From positions 10,881-74,880 of the forward strand of contig JAPDKE010000022.1 of the NCBI GenBank assembly GCA_029258725.1: DNA of 64,000 bases, read 5' to 3'. Positions within the stretch are counted from its first letter, which is position 1. Each line of letters starts with the position of its first letter. Positions 8,986 through 18,038 of this stretch are shown here, piece by piece. Position numbers and translations under genes: made by a program. The stretch comes from a bacterium (GTDB lineage: Bacteria > Hydrothermota > UBA3072 > JAPDKE01). Below the pieces are notes generated by a model. It had not been told where the DNA came from. It saw only the letters and a program-made list of their open reading frames with translations, and searched no databases.

Positions 8986-10287
8986 ATGAGATATGCAAAA
9001 ATGGGAAAAATTTATCCAAGGGAGATTCTTCCGAGGATGGAGTCCTTTTTTGGGACGGATGAAATAGTGGTTGTTCTTGGAGCAAGGCAGGTCGGGAAGA
9101 GTTCTCTTCTTTTATATCTTCAGGAGCTCTTTCGCAGGGAGGGAAAGGATACATATTTTATAGACCTTGAGGATATTGAAATCCGAAAGGAGATTGTGAG
9201 TCCTTCGGGTCTTTTATCCTATCTCAAAATGAAGGGATATAAATCGGGAAGAAAGGCTTATGTTTTCCTGGATGAACTTCACCATCTTGAAGATGCAACA
9301 GGCATTCTCAAGTTTCTTCATGACCATCATCCCGGGTTAAAATTTTTCGTGAGTGGTTCATCAAGTTTGAGGTTAAGGCTACGAATGAGGGAATCTCTCA
9401 TGGGAAGGAAAATAGTGTTCATTCTTTATCCTTTAAGATTTCCCGAGTTTCTTTTATTCCGGGAGGAAAGGGAGTTGCTCGGGATACTGAGAGAACATGG
9501 ACTGAAAGGGATAACAGAGCCATTTCTTGGGCGATTGCTTTCTCTTTATGAGGAGTATCTTATATGGGGAGGGTATCCAAAGGTTGTGCTTACAGAGAAT
9601 GTGGAAATAAGAAGGGAAAGGTTAAAAGAGATATTCACCACCTATATGGAAAAAGAAGTCTATGAATTTATAAAAAGGGAAAAGGCAGGTAGATTTTCAG
9701 ACCTTGTTTCTTTTCTGGGTGCACAGAGTGCCAATCTCTATAAAACGCTTGAAGTTTCAAAGGAAATGGGAATGCAGAGACCCACGGTTGAGAGGTATGT
9801 AAAGATTCTTGAGGAAACCTTTGTTGTGAAGAGACTCTATCCTTTTGCAACCAATCTCCAGAAAGAACTCACCCGCACCCCGAAGTTATATTTTCTTGAT
9901 ACTGGATTTCTGAACTTTGCAATAAGAGACTTTCGCCCCCTTCGTCTCCGGCAGTCTCCAGGGATTTTTGTTGAAACCGGGGTGTTTGTATCGCTTTTGT
10001 TTTCCCTCCCTTCCCATGCGGATATAAGGTTCTGGAGAAAAAGGGGAGGGAGAGAGGTTGATTTTGTAATAAGGATGGATGGAAATATAATTCCCGTAGA
10101 GGTAAAATGGAAGGACAATCCCCGCATACCCGGTGCCCTTATAGAATTTATGGATTTATATAAAAGCCCATGTGGCTTCCTTTTCACCCGGGGAACCTAT
10201 GGGGTGGAAACCTACAAAAATAAGAAAATTTACATCCTCCCTGCAATGACCACCTCGCTTGTGGAATGGCGAAGATTTATTGCATGA
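8986..10287 (+). CDS. AAA-family ATPase with DUF4143-type C-terminal domain
   Basis: 433 aa with Walker A GARQVGKSS and Walker B VFLDELH, then a C-terminal domain typical of AAA_14/DUF4143 ATPases. Confidence 0.7.
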   Translation: MRYAKMGKIYPREILPRMESFFGTDEIVVVLGARQVGKSSLLLYLQELFRREGKDTYFIDLEDIEIRKEIVSPSGLLSYLKMKGYKSGRKAYVFLDELHHLEDATGILKFLHDHHPGLKFFVSGSSSLRLRLRMRESLMGRKIVFILYPLRFPEFLLFREERELLGILREHGLKGITEPFLGRLLSLYEEYLIWGGYPKVVLTENVEIRRERLKEIFTTYMEKEVYEFIKREKAGRFSDLVSFLGAQSANLYKTLEVSKEMGMQRPTVERYVKILEETFVVKRLYPFATNLQKELTRTPKLYFLDTGFLNFAIRDFRPLRLRQSPGIFVETGVFVSLLFSLPSHADIRFWRKRGGREVDFVIRMDGNIIPVEVKWKDNPRIPGALIEFMDLYKSPCGFLFTRGTYGVETYKNKKIYILPAMTTSLVEWRRFIA

Positions 10288-10319
10288 TTCGTTGTTTTGA
10301 AGAGAGTTTTAAAGATTCC

Positions 10320-11720
10320 TTACCCCTGTTCTCCCTTTCTATTCTCCCACAAACTCACCACAACAACCGCAAGGAGGGAGAGGATGAATGCGGAGAGCCT
10401 TGCAGTTAGGAATGATTCAAGGACTTCTATGTTTGCCCACACAACCGTTGATACTGCACCAACCAGCATTCCAGCAAGAACACCATTGCGTGTTGTCTTC
10501 TTCCACTTTAAAGAAAGAAGAAGCGGAGGACCAAAGGATGCACCGAGCCCACCCCATGCATAGGATACCATGGAGAAAATCAGTCTCTTTGAATACATTG
10601 CAAGCAGTATTGCACCTATACCCACCATGACCGTTATTACCCTGGATATGAAAACCAACCTCTCGGGAGAGAGTTTGCGCCTGAACATCCTGTGATAAAC
10701 ATCCTCCGAGAAGGCAGATGTTACAACGAGCAACTGTGAATCTGCGGTTGACATCATTGCCGCTATTGCACCGGATATGAGTATTCCTGCAAACCAGGCA
10801 GGAAAGAGTCTGGTTGCAAGGGAGGGCATTACTTTCTCAGCATCCGCAATGTGAGGTATCAGTGCCCTGCCAATAACACCTATGAAAAACGCACCAAAGA
10901 ATGCAGGAATGCTCCAGAGAATTGCAATGGTTCTTGCAACCCTGACCTCCTCAGGGTCCCTTATTGCCATGTACCTTGTTACAAGATGGGGCTGCCCCAT
11001 GTACCCAAGACCCCATGATAATCCACCTATAACCCCGGCAACAAGACCCCATCCGCTCTTATTTCCAAAGAAGGAAGATACGGAAAACCCGGGGGAAAGC
11101 CCCGATTTCACAAGGGTAACCCATCCCACAATGGGAAGAACAACAAGGGTTATTATCATTATTATCCCCTGAAAAAGGTCGGTCCATGCAACCGCAAAGA
11201 ATCCTCCAAGCAAGGTGTAAAATACAATAACGCATGCTCCAATAAGAATACCCACATGATGAGGAATACCAAACGTTACATTGAGTGTCTTTCCTGCACC
11301 ATTGAACTGGGCTGATACATAAAGGGTGTAGAAGAACACAACAATTAAGGTTGCAAGCACCCTTATCCTGTTATCCTCAAGACCAAAGGCACGGGTGAAG
11401 TATTCAGGCAGGGTTAAAGCCCCATATTTTTCAGTCCTTATCCTCAAATCCTTTGCTATCACCCACCATGCAAATGCAATTCCCAGAATACATCCTATAA
11501 CCGTCCATATCTCCACAAGACCAGCAACAAGAACAGCGCCTGGAAGCCCCAGAAGCAACCATGCGGATTCACCGGACGCACGCTCGGAAAATGCAGTAAC
11601 CCATGGATTTAACCTCCTTCCCGCAATGAGAAAGTCAGCCTGGGTCTTTGTAACCCTGTAGGTTAGAATTCCTATGACAAGAACAAGAATGAGATAGAGA
11701 ATAAAGCCAAACAGTATCAT
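10320..11720 (-). CDS. Sodium:solute symporter family transporter (SSS; PutP/PanF-like)
   Basis: About 13 TM segments and SSS signature regions. I take the internal ATG at 11720, which overlaps the upstream stop as ATGA; the track ORF extends to 11744. Confidence 0.8.
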   Translation of the reverse strand: MILFGFILYLILVLVIGILTYRVTKTQADFLIAGRRLNPWVTAFSERASGESAWLLLGLPGAVLVAGLVEIWTVIGCILGIAFAWWVIAKDLRIRTEKYGALTLPEYFTRAFGLEDNRIRVLATLIVVFFYTLYVSAQFNGAGKTLNVTFGIPHHVGILIGACVIVFYTLLGGFFAVAWTDLFQGIIMIITLVVLPIVGWVTLVKSGLSPGFSVSSFFGNKSGWGLVAGVIGGLSWGLGYMGQPHLVTRYMAIRDPEEVRVARTIAILWSIPAFFGAFFIGVIGRALIPHIADAEKVMPSLATRLFPAWFAGILISGAIAAMMSTADSQLLVVTSAFSEDVYHRMFRRKLSPERLVFISRVITVMVGIGAILLAMYSKRLIFSMVSYAWGGLGASFGPPLLLSLKWKKTTRNGVLAGMLVGAVSTVVWANIEVLESFLTARLSAFILSLLAVVVVSLWENRKGEQG

Positions 11721-12544
11721 CCTTCTCCCCCCATCTTTTTCCATTCAGACTTTAAAAGCATTGCATCCTCTTCAAGGTTGGGGGACTCAACAATAATTAC
11801 TCCTCCCACCCCTTTGTCCTTCAGCGCCCTGAGGAGGTCCTTCCAGTTGAAGTCAGAGTCCCTGAGATTCAGGTGCTCCTTTTCCCCAACCCGCTCATCG
11901 TAGTCTATCCCGGAGACATGCATGTGGAGGAATGAAAGCTCTTCCTTCCCGAGTCTCTTTTCTATCTTTTCAAATATCTCCATGAATTCCTCGTATGAGT
12001 TGTATTTTCCTCCTGTCCTTGCGTGGATGTGTGCGAAGTCAACGCATATCCTGCATCCTGTTTCCTCACAGAGAGAGAGAATCTCGTCAACCTCACCAAA
12101 CTGGGATGGCTTTCCAGTTGTCTCAACCCTCAAATCCAGCTCTATCCCCTCGTGTTCCATAAATTTCATAACCTCCTTTATCCCCTTCTTCACCATCTTA
12201 TAAGCCCTTTTTCTATCCTTCCCGTAGTAGGCCGCATGAAAAACAACACTTCTAACACCCGCAATATTTCCTATCCTCACCGTATTTATTATCCTTTCAA
12301 CCGATACATCAAACTTCTCCTCTGAGGCAAGGTTTATGTAGTATGGAGCATGTGCAGTTAAGAGAACCCCCGTTGCCTCCGCAGTCTCCCTCACACCCTT
12401 TGCCTTATTCTCCTTCATCTTCACCCCTCTCACAAACTCTATCTCCATCGCATCCAGTTCAAGTTCAAATATCTTCCTTATTCCACCTTCTGTGGACCTG
12501 TCCTCAGCAGAGACCGGAACCCCACCTGTTCCAAAGTAAATCAT
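11717..12544 (-). CDS. TIM-barrel sugar phosphate isomerase/epimerase (AP endonuclease family 2 / xylose isomerase-like fold)
   Basis: 275 aa with LTAHAPYYINLAS, HAAYYG, CVDFAHIHA and IIVESP motifs, which are characteristic of AP_endonuc_2 proteins. Start overlaps the pmbA stop (ATGA). Confidence 0.65.
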   Translation of the reverse strand: MIYFGTGGVPVSAEDRSTEGGIRKIFELELDAMEIEFVRGVKMKENKAKGVRETAEATGVLLTAHAPYYINLASEEKFDVSVERIINTVRIGNIAGVRSVVFHAAYYGKDRKRAYKMVKKGIKEVMKFMEHEGIELDLRVETTGKPSQFGEVDEILSLCEETGCRICVDFAHIHARTGGKYNSYEEFMEIFEKIEKRLGKEELSFLHMHVSGIDYDERVGEKEHLNLRDSDFNWKDLLRALKDKGVGGVIIVESPNLEEDAMLLKSEWKKMGGEG

Positions 12545-13848
12545 GCCTTCCCCGCCACCTTTACCCGTTCAAATACCATGTATGGAAATCTCATGTGTCC
12601 GTAGACATCCTGAACCTCGCGAGAGAGTTCCCTCAGGTTCGGCTGGAGTTGGTAAAGGTTCCCTCCAAACATCGCATTCTTCACCCTTCCCCTGAGTTCT
12701 CCTTTTTCAATGAGAAACGCAAGGGCAAGATTCACGGAGAAATCACCTGCAAGAACATTTGACTGCCCACCACCGAGAACACCACACACAAGAATTCCCT
12801 TCTCTGTATCCCTTATTATCTCATCAATACCTCTTTCTCCTCCCTCAAGGATTATGGTTGTATATCCTGGAGAGGGAAGTTCGTCATAGTTTCTCATTCC
12901 GTTCCCTGTGGGTTCGAGCCCGAGTGCATGGGCGGATTCAAGGTCAAGGTAGTAATTTTTGAGAACGCCCTTTTCATAAAATGCCTTTGGTCTGCATACA
13001 ACACCCTCGTCATCAAAGGGTCTGGTTGCCAGGGCATCGGGAAGGAGGGGGTCGTCAATGAGGGTTATCTTATCCGAAAGGATTTTTTCACCAAGTTTTC
13101 CACAGAGTGGAGATGCTCCCTTCATCACGGTCTTTCCATTAAGAGGAGAGAGGAGGGCTCTTGTGAGGGTTAAGAATACCGCCTCAGGAGAGAGAATCAC
13201 ATCATATTCTCCTGTCTCTATTTCTATCGTATTCTCCGCAAGTTCCCTTTTCTCAATTATCTCTTTAACAAGTTCATCCACCATCCATTTCACCCTGGTT
13301 GAGCCAGAACCCTTATAAACCGAAAGGAATGAACCCGCAACAAGACCAAATCCACTCCCGAAAAGGCTGTGCACGGTCTTTGTGTAATTTCCCCGGAATC
13401 CTTCTGTGTTACCGAGAGAAATCTCATGTTCTCCAAACTTTATATCCACGCTTATCTTAAGGTCCTTCACCCTCTCCTTTATCCTCTCTATTATCTCATT
13501 TCCCTTCTCAACCGCCTCCTCAACCTCTATCTTCAAAACGTTTTCATCGTAAAGAGAAAGTTCAGGAAGTTTGCTTTTTCCCGGGAATTCAAACTTTGCA
13601 GGTTTTCCAAGGGATGCAACCCCTATTGCCTCCTCCACGACCTCCTTCCATTCCTCTTCCTTATTCGTGCTTGCAAACCCGACCTTCCCATCCTTTATAA
13701 CCCTCACACCAACCCCGGATATCTCCTTCTCCTCTATGGAGTGGAGTTTGTCGTCCTGGAATTTCACCACGTTCATTCTTGAGGAAGCATAAAAGGCCTC
13801 TCCCTTAACTCCCTTCTTTTTCAATTCATCTATTATCCTTTCAACCAT
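12541..13848 (-). CDS. pmbA: PmbA/TldE family metallopeptidase component
   Basis: 435 aa with TldD/PmbA family (PF01523-like) sequence features but no HExxH motif. It is paired with tldD upstream. Confidence 0.8.
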   Translation of the reverse strand: MVERIIDELKKKGVKGEAFYASSRMNVVKFQDDKLHSIEEKEISGVGVRVIKDGKVGFASTNKEEEWKEVVEEAIGVASLGKPAKFEFPGKSKLPELSLYDENVLKIEVEEAVEKGNEIIERIKERVKDLKISVDIKFGEHEISLGNTEGFRGNYTKTVHSLFGSGFGLVAGSFLSVYKGSGSTRVKWMVDELVKEIIEKRELAENTIEIETGEYDVILSPEAVFLTLTRALLSPLNGKTVMKGASPLCGKLGEKILSDKITLIDDPLLPDALATRPFDDEGVVCRPKAFYEKGVLKNYYLDLESAHALGLEPTGNGMRNYDELPSPGYTTIILEGGERGIDEIIRDTEKGILVCGVLGGGQSNVLAGDFSVNLALAFLIEKGELRGRVKNAMFGGNLYQLQPNLRELSREVQDVYGHMRFPYMVFERVKVAGKA

Positions 13849-15203
13849 TATTTCCCTCCTATCACAACGTTTCTTATTCTTATATGGGGGGCACCATCAG
13901 AGACAGGGAGGGGGAACTGTCCTCCCTTTCCACATCCACCAAGTCCCCCGTAGAGTTTGAGGTCGTTTCCTATTGCATCTATGTTCCTGAGGGTCTCAAA
14001 AACATTTCCCGTGAGAACCACATTCTTCAGCAATTTTGTGATTTTCCCCTTCTCTATAAGATATCCTCTTCTTGCAGAGAATGTGAACATCTCAAGTTCT
14101 GTCTGTCCACCGTATGCACCTATTGCGTATATTCCACGCTCTATGTCTGTGAGTTCCTCAAATGTCTTATCCCCGGGTTCTATGAAGGTGCAGGACATCC
14201 TCACAATAGGGGGATATGCAAAGTTTATGGCCCTTGCATTTCCAGTTGGTTCCTCACCCATCTTGTATGCGGTCTCTCTTGAATGAAGCCTTCCCACCAG
14301 GATTCCATTTTTTATAAGATACGTGCGCCGGGATGGAACGCCCTCGTCATCGTAGGGATAGTATCCCCTCTCTCCCTTTATTGTGCCATCGTCCACAATG
14401 GAAAGCTCATCAACCCCGAATCTTGTTCCAAGTTTCATTATCTCCCTTATCCTTTCATTCTCATAAATATGGTCAGCCTCCGAGAGATGACCAAATGCCT
14501 CATGGGCAAAAACCCCTGCAAGCTGAGGGTCAACCACCACGGTATAGACACCTGCGTCAACAGGTTCTGCTTTCAGCATCTCAACCGCCTCTTTACATAC
14601 ACGCTCTGCAACATCCTCAAGCCCGAGGACTGAATTCCATCCCTGTGTCCCTCCTACTGAATCAAAGGAAATCTGGACATTTGTTCCATCAACCGCAGTC
14701 GCAACCATCCGGACTCCCGAATAAACCCTCTCCTCCACTATCTCAGTCCCCTCGGTATTCACATAGTACCTTCTTATAAATGTATCCTCGTATCCAACGC
14801 GGGTTGTCTGTATTTTCTCGTGTCCCATAACAATCTGGTTGTACTTCCTCACAAGTTCGTGCTTTTCCTCAAGGGGGACTTTTCTCGGGTCATCAGGAAG
14901 AGAAAGCCTGACTTTATCCCTAACCGGTTTCACGGGAGCAAGCCCACTTTCCCTCTTCATTGTCTTTGCCTGACGCTCTGAGCGATGGAGCCAGTCCTCA
15001 AGGTCTTTTAACTTATTGAAGGTAACAAACCCCCATCCTCCCTTGTGAAAGGTTCTTATGCATCCACCAAAGGACCTTTTTCTTTCTGCTATCTCAAGTT
15101 CCTTCCCGGAATAGTATATCGCAGTCCCCTCCCTTTCCTCCACCCTTATTTCCGCATACTCAACCCCGCACTTTTCAAGAACCCTTTTTAACTCCTCTAT
15201 CAT
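13848..15203 (-). CDS. tldD: TldD family metalloprotease
   Basis: 451 aa containing HEAFGH (the HExxxH motif of TldD) and a Gly-rich C-terminus (GGLGGCGKGGQ). Confidence 0.85.
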   Translation of the reverse strand: MIEELKRVLEKCGVEYAEIRVEEREGTAIYYSGKELEIAERKRSFGGCIRTFHKGGWGFVTFNKLKDLEDWLHRSERQAKTMKRESGLAPVKPVRDKVRLSLPDDPRKVPLEEKHELVRKYNQIVMGHEKIQTTRVGYEDTFIRRYYVNTEGTEIVEERVYSGVRMVATAVDGTNVQISFDSVGGTQGWNSVLGLEDVAERVCKEAVEMLKAEPVDAGVYTVVVDPQLAGVFAHEAFGHLSEADHIYENERIREIMKLGTRFGVDELSIVDDGTIKGERGYYPYDDEGVPSRRTYLIKNGILVGRLHSRETAYKMGEEPTGNARAINFAYPPIVRMSCTFIEPGDKTFEELTDIERGIYAIGAYGGQTELEMFTFSARRGYLIEKGKITKLLKNVVLTGNVFETLRNIDAIGNDLKLYGGLGGCGKGGQFPLPVSDGAPHIRIRNVVIGGK

Positions 15204-16753
15204 CTTTTACCTCCCACGGTGAGGGTTTTCTTTTCCACAAACCTTCCCTTTCCTCCATCCTCCTCAACCACCATGTAAACGATATGAATTCCAGGATAGG
15301 CATTCTCCCCATCCCAGAGTATATACCTCTCACCACCACCCATGGTTCCATTATAGGAAAAAACCTGCCTTCCTTCAATATCAAAAACCTTCAAAGTCAC
15401 CCTATTTCTCACCCATGGAAGATTGAGAACAAAAACGCACCTTTCCTTTCCGGGAACAAAGGGGTCGGGAGAGATGGAAAGGTGTGCCTCGGCAGGCAGG
15501 ACGGGGGTGTAAAGAGAATTTTTCCTTCCCGGTGTTCCCCCTTCGGGTGAGGCTGAAATTCCCCAGTTTCCCGGAACATCTCCTTCAATATCAGGATTTA
15601 CCCGTTCAATGGAGATTTCTACCTCTGCCTCTTCATATTTTATTTTTTCAAAAATCATTTCCTCACATGAAAAGATTATTGAGTCTCCGTAATCGTTTAA
15701 AGAAATAGGGATTTCAAGGACAGGAGATGGGATGTTTCCAAAAATAGAAAAGAGGAGGTCCTTATCCTCTGTTAACACCAGGAAAGAATCAACCCGCACG
15801 TCCGGTATCTCTTCTCCATCCAGGGAAAACCCGGAAAGAAAGACAGGATAGTCTTTTTTATTGTAAACCTCCACCCACTCAACTTCAGAGCGTGGCATTA
15901 TCTCGTTTATCACAACCGGAGGGACCGGATCTCCCTCCTTTATCCACAGGGAGCGTGAGGATGAGGTTGTTTTTGCAATGACTTTATAAAATCCATCCTC
16001 AAACGGAATTTTAATCCTTAAAGTATCGGTCCCCTCAACCGAAATGGTTGAATGCCAGAGTTTCTTATCCCCTTCTCCATTCCAGTTCATATCCTCGTAT
16101 ATGGAGAGGGTATCCTCCCCGGGCCCTGTATTTACAAGAACAACCACAAATTCTCCGTCCTGATAAGAAAAATCTTCAATGTAAACGCCGGGAGGTTCAA
16201 AAACGGAGTTTTTCCTTCCCGGGGTGGAGCCGGTTGAGTCGGTGGATGGAGCCCAGTTTTCGGGAAAGTCCCCAAGATATGGATTTTTTCTCTCCATGGA
16301 TATTCCATCCCCTGGATTCCGGGGATAGAGGTATGTATCCACCGTATCTCCTGATGGGGATAAAAGGAAAAGGGAGTCTGTTGTTGCAAGCCCATCCCCG
16401 ATGGTTGTATTTGCAACGGTCAAAATTATGCATCCGGATGGAAAATCGTAAGGCATGACATTTTCTCCGTTTCCCGAGTCAGTGTATTCCGGGTCAAGAA
16501 CAACCGCGTAAAATCCGGGTGGAAGAATCATGGTTCCGGTGGCAGGGTCCGGGTCGGGGAAGAATGTATCCCAGGGAATCAAAGAGTCCACCGCATCTCC
16601 ATCGGATATTTTAAAACCCTCAAGGGAAAGTGTATCGTCGGTTTCATTGAATATCTCAACCCACTCGTTCCTGTCTTCGGGTTCCCCTGTTCCTGTTGTT
16701 CCCAGGGGATTTGCCATGACCTCATTTATCACAAGGGAAAAAATAAAAATCAT
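15200..16753 (-). CDS. Lamin-tail-domain (LTD) protein with two LTD repeats and a C-terminal FlgD-Ig/T9SS-type sorting-like domain
   Basis: Two INEVMANP / INEIMPRS motifs, each followed by ..GTPGRKNS, are LTD signatures. The C-terminal ~80 aa resemble CTD sorting domains. The N-terminus has no recognisable signal peptide (see findings). Confidence 0.6.
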   Translation of the reverse strand: MIFIFSLVINEVMANPLGTTGTGEPEDRNEWVEIFNETDDTLSLEGFKISDGDAVDSLIPWDTFFPDPDPATGTMILPPGFYAVVLDPEYTDSGNGENVMPYDFPSGCIILTVANTTIGDGLATTDSLFLLSPSGDTVDTYLYPRNPGDGISMERKNPYLGDFPENWAPSTDSTGSTPGRKNSVFEPPGVYIEDFSYQDGEFVVVLVNTGPGEDTLSIYEDMNWNGEGDKKLWHSTISVEGTDTLRIKIPFEDGFYKVIAKTTSSSRSLWIKEGDPVPPVVINEIMPRSEVEWVEVYNKKDYPVFLSGFSLDGEEIPDVRVDSFLVLTEDKDLLFSIFGNIPSPVLEIPISLNDYGDSIIFSCEEMIFEKIKYEEAEVEISIERVNPDIEGDVPGNWGISASPEGGTPGRKNSLYTPVLPAEAHLSISPDPFVPGKERCVFVLNLPWVRNRVTLKVFDIEGRQVFSYNGTMGGGERYILWDGENAYPGIHIVYMVVEEDGGKGRFVEKKTLTVGGKR

Positions 16754-16968
16754 TTTTCTATTTCAATCAACTTCTCCCTGCTCTTTTCTCCCTTTATGAT
16801 TTTCACCTTTCCCTTTGATACACCAAAGTACCTGGCAAGTATTTCCCTCAATTCCTCATTTGCCTTTCCCTTTTCAGGCGGGGAGCATACCTTTACCACA
16901 AGTCCGTTTTCTGCCTCCACAACCTCCCTTTTCCTGCTTCCCGGTTTCACCCTTACCTTAATTACCAT
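16750..16968 (-). CDS. DUF167 (YggU-like) small protein
   Basis: 72 aa; VKPGSRKREVV...LVVKVCSPPEKGKANEEL matches DUF167. Confidence 0.65.
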   Translation of the reverse strand: MVIKVRVKPGSRKREVVEAENGLVVKVCSPPEKGKANEELREILARYFGVSKGKVKIIKGEKSREKLIEIEK

Positions 16969-17209
16969 CTTCTCAGGAATTCCCTGAAGGTCATGTAGGT
17001 CTTGCTTTCTATAACCCCCGGAACCGTGAGGATTTTTTCTATTATGGTATGACCTATCTTCTCGTACTCATCCGTGCTTAAAACAACCATCATGTCGTAA
17101 TCCCCTGTGATTGCATAGAGTGCAAGTATCTCAGGAAGCTGGGAGAGTTGCTCTGCAACCTCAATGAATTTCCTTCCCTCAACCTTAAGGAGAACGAAGG
17201 CCATGTACA
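16962..17209 (-). CDS. Stand-alone Lrp/AsnC ligand-binding (RAM) domain protein
   Basis: The 82-aa product (MYMAFVLLKVEGRKFIEVAEQLSQLPEILALYAITGDYDMMVVLSTDEYEKIGHTIIEKILTVPGVIESKTYMTFREF) matches the AsnC C-terminal domain fold. I take the ATG at 17209, which is preceded by a GGAGGG RBS. The longer track ORF to 17453 lacks RBS support and would overlap the ogg promoter. Confidence 0.6.
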
Positions 17210-17282
17210 TATTCCCTCCTTTGCTACTTTTTTTCACAATTTTATCCCCTCTTTTTTCATTGTCAAGGGTCGATTTCCTCAC

Positions 17283-18038
17283 ATGGTATACTGGATGTTT
17301 CGCGAGAAAAGAGTAAAGAGTATGACTGTTCCCTGGGGAAACAAAAGGCTTGATTCCTGCTCCATAGAGGATATACTCAGAGCGATGGGAATCTCTGAAT
17401 ACGAAAGGGAAATTCACAGGATTTACAAGGGCATAAGGGATAAGATACTGCAAAGGTTGAACGGGTTCAGGGAGGTATGGGAGAGGGGAAGTGAGGATAA
17501 GATATGGAAAGAACTCGTTTTCTGCCTCCTCACCCCTCAGTCAAAGGCTGAAAAATGCTGGGAGGCTGTAAAAGGTCTTGAAAGAAAAGGACTTCTTTTT
17601 GAGGGAGCCATGGAGAGAATGGCAGAGGAATTGAAACCCGTGAGATTCAGGTTCAACAAGGCAAGATACATCGTTGAGGCAAGGAAAAGACTTTTTGTTG
17701 ATGGGCGTCCACGGATAAGGGAAAAACTCAAAAAGTTTGAGAATCCATTTGATGCAAGGGAATGGATGGTTAAAAATATAAAAGGAATGGGATACAAGGA
17801 GGCATCTCATTTTCTGAGAAACATCGGTCTTGGTGAGAATCTTGCAATCCTTGACAGACACATTCTCAAAAATCTTTTAAAACTCGGCGTTATATCCTCA
17901 ATCCCTCCCTCTCTTTCCCGCAGACAATACCTCAGGATAGAAAAGAAATTCATTGAATACGCGAAAAACACAGGCATTCCTCCTGCCCATCTTGATTTTG
18001 TTCTGTGGTACCGGGAAACCGGGAAGGTTTTTAAATAA
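17283..18038 (+). CDS. ogg: 8-oxoguanine DNA glycosylase / AP lyase, Ogg2 (archaeal-type HhH-GPD) family
   Basis: ELVFCLLTPQSKAEKCWEAV and GLGENLAILDRHILKNL are Ogg2 hallmarks. The start is uncertain; candidate ATGs lie at 17283, 17295 and 17322. The first start codon of the track ORF at 17148 is probably too far upstream. Confidence 0.65.
   Translation: MVYWMFREKRVKSMTVPWGNKRLDSCSIEDILRAMGISEYEREIHRIYKGIRDKILQRLNGFREVWERGSEDKIWKELVFCLLTPQSKAEKCWEAVKGLERKGLLFEGAMERMAEELKPVRFRFNKARYIVEARKRLFVDGRPRIREKLKKFENPFDAREWMVKNIKGMGYKEASHFLRNIGLGENLAILDRHILKNLLKLGVISSIPPSLSRRQYLRIEKKFIEYAKNTGIPPAHLDFVLWYRETGKVFK

Noticed and set aside
17210-17453. N-terminal 81-aa extension of the Lrp-domain ORF
   Set aside because: It has no domain similarity. 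The internal ATG at 17209 has a GGAGGG RBS. The extension would also cover the divergent ogg promoter region.
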